A stretch of 64,000 bases of DNA from Eledone cirrhosa (Eukaryota): the NCBI GenBank assembly GCA_964016885.1, contig OZ024740.1, positions 364,002,001 to 364,066,000 of the forward strand, given 5' to 3'. Made by a program: the position numbers and the translations under genes. Positions within the stretch are counted from its first letter, which is position 1. The number at the start of each line of letters is the position of its first letter. Positions 1 through 10,893 of this stretch are shown here, one piece after another. The notes beneath the pieces are model-generated. The model did no database searches, was not told where the DNA came from, and saw only the letters and a list, made by a program, of their open reading frames with translations.

Positions 1-649
1 GGTCTGGGGTCCCTCTCATTAAAACACTCAAGAAATCTTCTAACCCCATAGGAAGCAAACTAAACCTACATAGGTGTGAACTGTAAATTTTATTTTTTCG
101 TTTCATTTCAATTTATTTAATCGGAAGAAGACCATTCAACTATAAGAAAGGAGGATAATTTAGAATAAAATTAACTATTATCCAAAACAGAAAATTGTAA
201 ATTTATGAAGCTAAACAAAAGCATGTCTATGTGGTTATGAAGTTGTTTTCGCAATAACATGGCTCTGATTTCAGTTCACTGCAAAGCACCTAGGGCAAGT
301 GTTTTTACTACAGCCATATGCTGATTAATACATTGTGAATGGCATTTGGTAAAAGTCCATTGTGTGTATGTGTCATCATCATCATCATCATCGTTTAACG
401 TCCATTTTCCACGCTAGCATGGGTCTGGACGGGAATTGTCCCACTTGAGGCAAGATTGGTTGTCTTGCTCAGGACTGTCTGGCGGGTTTTCTATGGCTGG
501 AAGCCCTTCCTAACACCAACCACGTTTACAGTGTGGACTGGGAGGTTTTTACCGTGTTACCTACACGGCCACATTACAGCGTGGACTGTGTGTTTTTTTG
601 TCGTGACACCTACACGACCTCATTTATTTAGGACTGGATGTTGTGGTAC

Positions 650-1496
650 ATCATCATCATCATCATCACCGTTTTACGTCCGTTCTTCCACGCTAGCATG
701 GGTTAGACGGGTTGTCCTGTTGTGGGCAGTGTCTGGTCGGCTGACCATGCCTTGCTCATACAGGAACTGATTTGGCTTGATTTCTACAGCTGGATGCCCT
801 TCCTAACACCAACCTCATTTACAGTGAGTGCTGGGTGCTTTTTTGTGGCGCCTACATGTCCACTTTACAGTGTGGGCTGGGTGCTTTTTTGCCGTGGCAC
901 CTCCACGACCACCTTGCAGTGGGAGGGTGTGGGGGCATATTGTCTATATGCTTCAGCTTGTACCCATGGGAGGTCGGGTACTCTGTATTAGTGTTGACAC
1001 CAGAGGTCACGGTCATGTGTCATTGCCTTTGAGAGGTGTAATTGGGTAAGGTCGGCTTTTATCACCTCATCCCAGGTCATCTTGGGTCTCTCCACTCCGC
1101 GGTTTCCATCGACTTCTAGTGCTCTGCACCTTTTTATGCAGCTGTCATCCTTCATACGCATCACATGTCCATACCAACGCATCCGCCTCTCCTGCACACA
1201 GCATTTGATTCCTCTTATGCTCAGTCTCTCTCTCAATTCATTTATGCTTTGTCGGTCGCGTATATTACTATTACACATCCATCGGAGCATGCAGGCTTCG
1301 TTTCTCTCTAATCTACATAAGTCTTCCACCTTCAGCACCCAGGTCTCACTACCATGTAACATTGCTTTTCAGATACACGCATCATACACTCTGCCTTTCA
1401 TTTTGAGAGAGAAGCCTTTTGCAGCTAGCAGTGGTAGTAGTTCCCTGAACTTCTTCCATCCCGTTCTTACCCTAGTTATTGTACTTTCTGAACACC
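650..1496 (-). mobile_element. RTE LINE family B 3' fragment nested in the family A 3'UTR
   Basis: Interrupts GTAC|CAACATA, which is contiguous in the copy at about 19150; has its own (CAT)n tail; ORF 988..1362. Confidence 0.8.
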
Positions 1497-2331
1497 CAAC
1501 ATAACATTACATCGAAAGGGGTGGTGTAGATGGCGGTGAAGGTAGGGTTGGGACGGGGGTGTATTTTGGTTAAGAGGTGCCTACTGACTGTAGGTTTCGC
1601 TTTGTACTTAGGCAAGGCGGGTCTTCTGTATTACTACGTAGCGCCAAAGATCTTGGTCCAGTGACATTGTCTTGGTGAGGTGTAAGTGTGTGAGGTCGGA
1701 TTTTATCAAGTCATCCCAGGTTTTTCTGGGTCTGCCTACTCCGTGGCTTCCGTCTATTTTTTTCGCCCTGCACTTTTTTATACAGCTGTCATCTTTCATG
1801 CGCATCACGTGACCATACCAACGTAGTCTTCTCTCGAGTAAACAACATCGGATCCCTCTTATTCCTAATTTCTCACTTAGTTCATTTATGCTTTGCCGTT
1901 CACGTATATTACTATTACACATCCAACGGAGCATGCAAGCTTCGTTCCTCTCCAGTCTACGTAGATCCTCTGAACACAAGGCCCATGTCTCACTGCCATG
2001 TAACATCGCTGTTCGTATGCAGGCATCATACAGCCTGCCTTTTATTTTTAGAGAGAAACCTTTAACGGCCAATAGTGGTATAAGCTCTCTGAACTTTTTC
2101 CATCCCATTCAGACTCTAGCTACAGTACTTTCAGAGCACCCTCCACCACTGCTGATTTTGTCACCCAGGTAACGGAAGGTGTCTGCTATTTCTATAGAAC
2201 CATCTGGGCAATGGAATGAGCTAGTATTCTGTGGGCATTTACTGCTACTAATTGCACCAGAGCACCGGCCACATATAAAATCTATATTCTTAGTTAGCTT
2301 ACCTGTGATCCCACTACATCTTTTATGCACC

Positions 2332-2829
2332 TGTAGCGACGTGGTTAGTCAGTCTAGTCACTACTTCTGATCAGATCCGAGAATAGCCCTTAGAAGGACT
2401 TTTATCGCATACGGTCTGATCAGATCTGAAGATAGCCCTTAAAAGGACTGTTGTTGCATATAACCCTTAAAAGAACTGTTGAGGATGGACAGACGAAGCA
2501 CAAGTTGAAAGGACGAAGCAAGGTGAGATGTAAATTCGATCAGCTATTTATTTTCACATGAAGCGACGATACGAGGTACAAGGCGTGTGTGAGTGACAAA
2601 GCGTGGCAGAGTAAAGAAACAACGATGCGCTAGCTGACTCTGCCAAAAGTCGACTGGCGAAGTGTTTGGAACCACTCTATTTATACAGAAACAATCGTTT
2701 GATGTTTAGCCGGTGTGTAGGTGTTTATTCTGGTAGCTTTTAAGGGTTCTTTTGTTTCACGTTGAGGTAGCTAGCTAACAGGTAGATGGCGCTGTATATT
2801 TCACAGATGTTATTTCCGGTGGCTGTACA
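2332..2829 (-). mobile_element. solo LTR (Gypsy-like)
   Basis: TGTA...TACA termini and 4-bp TSD CACC (2328-2331/2830-2833); splits the LINE coding sequence; TATAAA and AATAAA on the - strand. Confidence 0.8.
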
Positions 2830-3810
2830 CACCCATACTTAGCATTTGGGACATAAAATGGAGTTTCTGCCTACTCCTTTCCTACACACTGAGCATGGCC
2901 ATTTCCCAGATGGGACCGGTGCCCTATTTTCCTTCCTACAAACTAGAACTTTAGTCTTAGACAAGTTAACTTTAAGGCCTTTTGATTCTAAGCCATGCTT
3001 CCATGTTTGGAATTTCTTCTCTAGTTCAGCCATTGATTCAGCTATGAGCGTTAGATCATCTGCATATAGGAGTTCCCATGGGCAACCGGTCTTGAACTCC
3101 TCCGTTATAGCCTGGAGCGTGATAATAAATAGTAGGGGGCTAAGGACGGAGCCCTGATGAACACCAACTTTTACGCTAAACTCTTCACTATATTCGTTGT
3201 TAATTCTAACCTTGCTGACTGTTTCTTTATACATGGCTTGTATAGCTCTCACAAGCCATTCGTCAACACCTAGTTTTCTAAGAGCCCACCAGATAATGGA
3301 GCGGGGGACTCTATCAAAGGCTTTCTCCAGGTCTACAAAAGCTAAGTAGAGGGTTTACTTTTAGCTAGGTACTTCTCCTGTAGTTGTCGTACAATGAAAA
3401 GAGCGTCTGTGGTACTTTTACCTGACACAAACCCGAACTGCTTTTCATCTAGATCAATTCGCTCTCTGATTAGTTGCGCTATTACTTTTTCTGTGACCTT
3501 CATGACCTGATCAATTAATTTAATGCCACTATAGTTTCCCCTATCTAGGGCGTCTCCTTTACCCCTGTAGCAGTTAATGATGATGCTGCTACGCCAGTCC
3601 TTTGGTACAACCCCATTCTGTATAACTTGGTTTACTATCCGGGTGACCATAGTGTGTCCCACCATTCCAGATGCTTTCAGCATCTCAGCAACTATTTCCG
3701 AAGGCCCAGCCGCCTTGACCGTCTTCATATCTTTGATTGCCTTACTTATTATACTACCTTCAACTTTCACTGCTGGTCCCTCTATTGGATCGATGTGGGG
3801 GAGGCTGTCT

Positions 3811-3815
3811 GTGTG

Positions 3816-3897
<82 letters not shown>
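3811..3897. repeat. (TA)n/(CA)n microsatellite (one of many)
   Basis: Seen directly. Confidence 0.95.
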
Positions 3898-3899
<2 letters not shown>

Positions 3900-4030
3900 C
3901 AAAGAGTTATTTAATTTGTTGGTTATTCAACAAATTTATTTATGACAGATTCGAAGCACTCCACAGTTTTCTTCTGGAGTATAATATCAATAATATTAAT
4001 AAATGGAAACTATCTTTATAAAACCATATT

Positions 4031-4094
4031 TATTTTATTATATATATATTTCAAGGGTACCAAAATATTTGGTACGCTCTCTTCAGATAAAATA
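4031..4094 (-). ncRNA. minimal hammerhead motif (mirror copy, CUGAAGA core)
   Basis: Reverse complement of 4224-4287 with CTGAAGA. Confidence 0.65.
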
Positions 4095-4223
4095 CAAAAG
4101 TTGTTTTATAGATAGTGACATATCCAAAAACAAGAACTTATCGTTTTAAGTCCTGTTTCAAACAGAAGTTACAAAGATAAGTTCTTGTTTTTGGATATGT
4201 CACTATCTATAAAACAACTTTTG

Positions 4224-4287
4224 TATTTTATCTGATGAGAGCGTACCAAAAATTTTGGTACCCTTGAAATATATATATAATAAAATA
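4224..4287 (+). ncRNA. minimal type I hammerhead ribozyme motif
   Basis: TATTTTAT-CTGATGA-[stem II]-GAAA-TATATATA-TA-ATAAAATA; 8-bp stem I; palindromic stem III. Confidence 0.7.
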
Positions 4288-4329
4288 AATATGGTTTTAT
4301 AAAGATAGTTTCCATTTATTAATATTATT

Positions 4330-4357
<28 letters not shown>

Positions 4358-4360
<3 letters not shown>

Positions 4361-5409
4361 GGTTCTGGGACAGCATTCCTCACCATATGAGATGTCATCT
4401 GGTGTACCTCAGGGATCTGTTCTTGGCCCCCTTTTGTTTGTGGCATATATTAATGACATAGATGCCAACTTAAGGAATGCCACAGTACTAAAGTACGCAG
4501 ACGACATCAAGCTGTACCTTGAGATAAAAAGGACAGATCCTGAACACTATAGATCTTGCTTGCAGTCTGACCTGGACACAATGCAACAGTGGATCTCAGA
4601 CTGGCAACTCAAGCTAGCTGTGGACAAGTGCACCACCATGCATTTTGGGAGTAAAAACCCAGCGTCCACATACTCCCTCCACAGCACTAATATCAAGAAG
4701 TCTTCCTGTGAACGTGACCTGGGCATTACGGTCAGCAGCGATTTGCGTTGGACGAGGCATGTCTCTAAAATTGTCAAGAGGGCCGAGGGTGTCTTAGCAT
4801 CACTCAGCAAGACCTTTGTCAGCCGCTCTCCAGATATCTATTTAAGGCTGTATACAGCTATGGTGCGACCACACTTAGAATTTGCATCACCAGTCTGGAA
4901 CCCCTATCTTGCTCAGGACATTGACCGCCTGGAAACTGTTCAGAGACGTGCAACCAAGCGAATACCCTCCATCAGGCATCTACCATACTCTGAGCGCCTT
5001 GCTTCCCTGGGCATGGATTCATTGAAGCTCCGACGCCTGGCAACTGACTTGGTAAACACCCACAAAATTGTTAACCATGTTGCCAACAACAACCCTGAGT
5101 GCCTTTTCGATTTCCATGTGTCTAACACACGTGGACATGCCCACAAAGTAAGAAAACAGCACAGTTCCCATGACTTTCGGAAACATTTTTTCACGCTCAG
5201 AGTTGCTGAAGCATGGAACAAACTACCTGCATCAGTTGTTAGCTGTCGAGACACTGCATCCTTTAAGGCCTCCATGCTTCCCGAGATCCGCCAACGCTAC
5301 AGCTAACACATACAAACATGTACTTCCCTGGCATTTGTGTATTATTCTATGTACTATATTGACGAGTTGTAGTGCACCTGAGCACTTTACACAATAATTT
5401 CATTATTAT
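4358..5409 (+). mobile_element. CR1-like LINE 3' part with open RT C-terminus (ORF 4392..5306)
   Basis: [30 protein letters not shown]; (ATT)n tail. Confidence 0.9.
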
Positions 5410-5418
5410 ATATATATA

Positions 5419-5520
5419 CAGGGCATCCAAAAAAATATATATACTCATTTTGATTACTTGTACAGGCAATATTTATTAAAATGCTATTGAAGTGTGTATA
5501 CCTTTTGGGGGGACACTCTG
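5419..5520. mobile_element. Tc1/mariner-like MITE (about 100 bp)
   Basis: CAGGG(T)GTCC...GGACACTCTG termini; similar copies at 13637-13737 and ending about 31989. Confidence 0.55.
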
Positions 5521-6553
5521 CATATGTGTGTGTGTGTGTATTTATGTTCCATAACTTAGTGGTTCAACAAAAATTGATCGATAAAATAAATACAAAAACT
5601 TTAAGAAATCAGTACTGAGGTTGATATGATCAACTAAATCCGTTCAGTTCGACTATAGTCAAATGACTGAGATAAGTAAAAGAATAAAAACTATATTAAA
5701 ACTTAATAACAATATGGCAGCTCAGCTATAGACAATGGATGCGTTAATTTATCCAGATATGATACTAGAGATATACTGCCATTACTTGAATATAAATTCT
5801 GAAATATCAGGAATTATTGGCAAACTGCTTTTTTTTTCAGCCTGTGGAATTTGAGATGGTTTAGGAAGCTGGATCACTGACAACAAAGTTCTTGTCATTG
5901 ATGGCAACTCACCTTACCAATATATCAGTTGGGAGGGTGTGTGTGTGGGGGGTGTGTGTGTGGGGGGGGGCTTGGTTAATCTACAATAAAATACGCCCTG
6001 TATAGTGTTAGTGTGGATGCATGATAAAATACACCCAGCACACTCTGTAAAGTGGTAGTATTGATGCCATGATAAAATACACCCAATACATTCTGTAAAA
6101 TACGTCCATTACCCTGTAAAGTGTTAGTGCTGGTATCATGATAAAATACACCAAGAACACTCTGTAAAGGGGTAGCGTTGGTTCCATGGTAACATATGCT
6201 CAGTACAGACTGTAAAGTTGTCATGCAACTCTGTGTAGTTGTAGTGTTGGTACCATGATAAAATGCACTCAGTACATGCTACAAAGGAATTGACATTAGA
6301 AAGGGCATCCAGCCACAGAAACCTTGCAAAAATAATGTATGAACCAGGCATGATTCTCAAACCTGTCTACTCGCAGACTGTGACAACCCATCCAACCCTT
6401 GCCAGCAGTGTAAACAGACATAAAAGGATAATGATGTTGATGATGAAACACTATAACAGTGAAGCTCACCACTCTATGACATTTTATGATGTCTTTGAAT
6501 TCTTGTAAAAACCAGAGCAGTTATATATACTTTTTTTCTCTTTTTTTATGTAG

Positions 6554-6676
6554 CATTCCAGGCCGTGTCTTGTGCTTTTGATTTGAACCTCTGCCAGTGG
6601 CAACGTGATCCCCATTCAGCGTTGAATTGGACCCTTACTGGATATTATAAACCTATCGAATCTCGTACTGGATCAG
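6554..6676 (+). CDS. exon 1 in window (MAM1 N-part)
   Basis: tag|CATTCC...TCAG|gtgaat; [25 protein letters not shown]; phase 1-1. An alternative acceptor 8 nt downstream is possible. Confidence 0.8.
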
Positions 6677-9600
6677 GTGAATTCTAATGTTCTCTATTAT
6701 TCATTTTCATTTCAATGTGAAGATACATGGCTTAGTGGTTAGGGTGTTGAATTTACAATCACACTGTCGTGGGCTTAATTCTTGAATCAGGCAGCACAGT
6801 GTATTCTTGAGCAAAATGCTTTATTTTACATGGCTTTTTCTAGCAGGAGTTATGACTGGCAAATAGTATCAACAATGAAAAGACCAATAGAAACAAAACA
6901 TGTTTCCTTAGTCTGATCTAACAACCAGTCCCTTAATTAATTTTTTTAAGGGTTGCACAGTTCATTTATAAATAAAACTTTGATTTTTTTTTTTTTTACT
7001 TACTGACCAACCTCAGTCTCATGAATTAAAGACAAAAATAGGGGGTTGAATGATATATGAATACATATTTTCAGAAATGTTACTGAATTTAAAATACTCT
7101 TTTCAAATGCCAAGATTACAAATACATGTTGATAACAATTGTTTGTTTACAAATGGTATTTGATATATTGGTAATATTCGTTATTTTGGGAATCAGCAAA
7201 TTTTGATACGATTTGTCTCAAAGACAGGAAAATGATAAAATAGTAAACCATATTTCTTTGGAGATACGAAATATTTATACATATTGCATAAACCTATGCT
7301 TGAAGCGAAATCCTATTTCTTTTCTCTTATAAGTTGAGCCAACTTATGCAGCTTCATTTACAGAGACGAGAAAACTATATATTCTCGCCTGTCTTCTAGT
7401 CCAGCAGTCGCAAGCAGTGGGAGGGATCGTCCTGACGGTGGCCAGTTTAATAAAGGGTTGTTTTACATACTTGATGAAAAATGTCATGAGATACTGAATA
7501 TGATAGAGATCGAGATTTTGATGGATAATGTGGTACAAGTTTACAAAACAAAATTACATAGATATGGCTGTACAGAAAAAAATATGGTATTGCTTATTTT
7601 AGATTTTTGTTTTTCCAACGACTAACCTGACTTCACCAAGATATTCCTTTTCACCAAACTAAGAAAACTTCAAAAAGTTATTCTTGAAAAGTATAAAACC
7701 ACAATATGGCTGTATCACATTAAAAATTGAAAACTTTTCTTTAAGTTTTCACAACATATAGTAAAGATACTATAATCATTTGAATTAACAAACCTGTCTT
7801 AAAATATTTTCTGTTAAATCATTACAGAACATTAAGAGTTAATAAAATGCTTGCTTTTTTGTCATCATTAGCCTTTTCATTACAATATTTCTAATGAAAG
7901 ACACTGCCTATGACTTTCAAAATAATTTTGAAAATAATCCTGAATTTGGAAGGATTGAGTAATATAAGTAAATTTAAGTTGGTGTTTGGAATACGACTTA
8001 ACAAATTGTGTTATATTAAATACAGACAAAATGCTTTTAAATAAATATAAACACTTTTTAATTAAATGTTTTGTATTATAGAACTAGGGCTTGTCATGTT
8101 TAGTTTTATATTAAAAAGGTTAAGACAAAGGAAATACTTTTAAAAAGATTCAATATATAAGGAAATACTTGTTATAAAAAATAGATTAAGCATTTTACTG
8201 TCAGTAGGGCTTATTGAAGCGAAGGTTGCTAGGCATCTATTCCATTAATAGAATAATATTAATGGATTTCTCTTCTACTTTGTTTATTTATTAAATAAGG
8301 TAGCAAGTTAACAGAGTCTTTAAAATGGCATAGAGAATGCTTTGTGATATTTGTTCCAAATCTATGCTTTCTGAGTTCAAATGAATGAATTATTAGTTCA
8401 ATACGGGGCTCGATTATTCCACTATATCTCTCTTACTTCCTTTCTCTCATTCTCTTTCTCTGGAAGAAATCTGCTGTGCTCAGACCTAGAGAGAGATGGG
8501 CTCTACTAGTTTTCAATGCCCAACATGATGACCCCAGAACTTCATCAGGAGTTAAGAGTCTATGGATAGATGGATGGAATAATTATAGTTCCTGCTATAT
8601 TTCATTGCTTTATTTTATCTCATACTTTATTTTATCTATTTCTATTCTATAGGGTCATATATTTATATAAAAAGTTTTCAAAATAAAAAAGGCAGCAGAG
8701 CTGTTCTCCACACACCATACTTGGGGCCAACATCCACTGATGGCAACTGTCTATCTTTCTGGTACTATATGTATGGATCAAACATAGGCTCTTTGAATAT
8801 ATATATGCTGAAACTAGGTCGTAAAATGTTACTCTGGACCAAGAAAGGTACTCAAGAAAACCAATGGAATTATGCACATCTGAATATTATAAATGATTAT
8901 AACTACCAGGTAAGATAAATGTTATTTCTTTGTTCTTCGACTCATACCAAAGTTTGGCTTTTATTTTTTTATTTTCTAGTAATCCAAATTGTATGTGATT
9001 ATGCATGTGTCCATGTCTATGTTTATATTTACATAGACATCTGTGTTAATATCCCATGGTTTGATAAAAAGTGATAGGTAAAATACGTAGCTGACTTGAA
9101 AAAATAAGTACTGGGTTTAGTATGATTGATTAAAATCCCCTCATGGCAAAGCCTCAGCATAGCCACAGCCTAATGATAGAAACCAGTAAAGGATTATAGA
9201 TACTTTAATTTTTTAAACCACTGACATCTACAAAAAAATATCAAAATCAAAATGGTTTACATCAGAAACTCTGCAAAATGGTTCGTAATAAGAAGAGTAC
9301 CGAGCTATAGGAACCATGTAAAACAATCTTCAGTAGTGTCAATCGTTAGTGTTGGTCATGTGATAAACATACCCAGTATACTCTGTAATGTGGTTAATGA
9401 TAGGAAGGGCATCCCGCTATAGAAAGCTTGCAAGAAAAAGGGTCAGTAGGACTCTTCAGTTGTTTTTTAAAAAAACTACTTCCCTAGTGTTGGTGTAATG
9501 ATAAAATGTGCAGTAATCTATGCAAGTAAGATGCATCCCCTAGTACATCTGTGCTACCAGTCCCACCAATTAAGTATTGATTTGGTCTGTGACAAGTTAT

Positions 9601-10838
9601 CCAACCCTTGCTAGCTAGGAGAATGGACATTTGATGATGATGATGATGACTTAGACATGTGTTTACTATATCTATTTCAGATATTTATTGAAGCTGTAGT
9701 TAATGGACGATCAACTGGAATGATGGCACTTGATGATATTTTCATGAATACCAACGCTTGTCCCAATACACGTATGTCTTCCCTGTTAGCGCTTTACTTT
9801 TTTTACCACAAAATAAACAGAACTGATGTGTGGATATGTATGTATTTGTATGTATGCGTGTGTGTGTACATTTGTGGGAATGTGTATGTAAATGGAGTGT
9901 GTGGCCTGGTGGTAAGGGTTTTGGACTTATGATCATAATGTTGTGGGTTCAATTCCTGGGCTGAGTTGCGTTTTGTGTTCTTGAGCAAAACACTTCATTT
10001 CATATTGCTCCAGTATACTCAGCTGAAAATGAGTACCAGCAATATCTGGGGGTTTAACCCTGTGATGGACTGGCATCCTGTCCACTGGGTAGTCTTGTGC
10101 ACTCAGTCGCTTCATGCCATGAAACTGGAATAAGGAACAGCCTAATGAGCCTTCTGGCTTAAGACTGACTTTAGACTTAGGCATGGCTGTGTATGTATTT
10201 GCATATGGGCGTTTTTGTGTGGATATGTGTGCATTTGTGAGTTACTTCTTTTTCCATATTGTTTTTGATTTTCTTCTGTTCTGCATAAAAAAGTTGCTAA
10301 CCTACTAGAATGATGTAAAGAATTATTTTTGTTTGTTTCTTTGTTAATATATTATGCAGGTTCATGTGATTTTGAAGTGAATAATTGTGGTTGGACTAAT
10401 CAGCTCCGAATGACAAATATATGGAGACGGTCAGCATTTTATAACTCATTTCCTGACCATACTTCTGGAACAAAAACAGGTACCAACATCAAAACATACA
10501 TACATTTACAAACACACACACACACACACATATATATAAATATATATATCATCATCATCATTATCATTTAACGTCTATCTTCCATGCTAGCATGGGTTAG
10601 ACGGGTTTGTCCCATCTAGAGGCAAGTTGGGTTGGGTGACCATGTCTCGCTCATATAGAACTATTTCTGGCTGGTTTTCTGGATGCCCTTCCTAACACCA
10701 ACCACATTTACAGTGTGTGCTGGGTGCTTTTTGCCGTGTCTCCTACACGACCACTTTAGAATGTGGGCTGGGTGCTTTTTGTCATGACACCTACACGACC
10801 ACTCTATAGTGTGGGCTGGATGTTTTGTGGTACCAACG

Positions 10839-10893
<55 letters not shown>

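Larger units (their letters stand above)
374..3810 (-). mobile_element. RTE-clade LINE (family A), 5'-truncated, carrying two nested insertions
   Basis: RT fragments ([14 protein letters not shown]; C-terminal [11 protein letters not shown]); 3' tail reads (CAT)n on +. Confidence 0.9.
3984..4334. repeat. fold-back inverted repeat (about 175-bp arms), probable Penelope pLTR relic
   Basis: Arms are reverse complements centred on 4159; flanked by (TA)n; a related single arm lies at about 17565-17715. Confidence 0.85.

Noticed and set aside
456-1049. Recurrent short ORFs such as [14 protein letters not shown]
   Set aside because: Antisense reading of the RTE 3'UTR repeated throughout the window
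5990-6300. CRISPR-like array of about 45-bp repeats (also 52490-52680 and 55210-55400)
   Set aside because: Degenerate tandem units related to RTE 3'UTR repeats, no unique spacers, eukaryotic intron context
9894-9965. tRNA gene
   Set aside because: A and B boxes are followed by a SINE body, and there are multiple diverged copies
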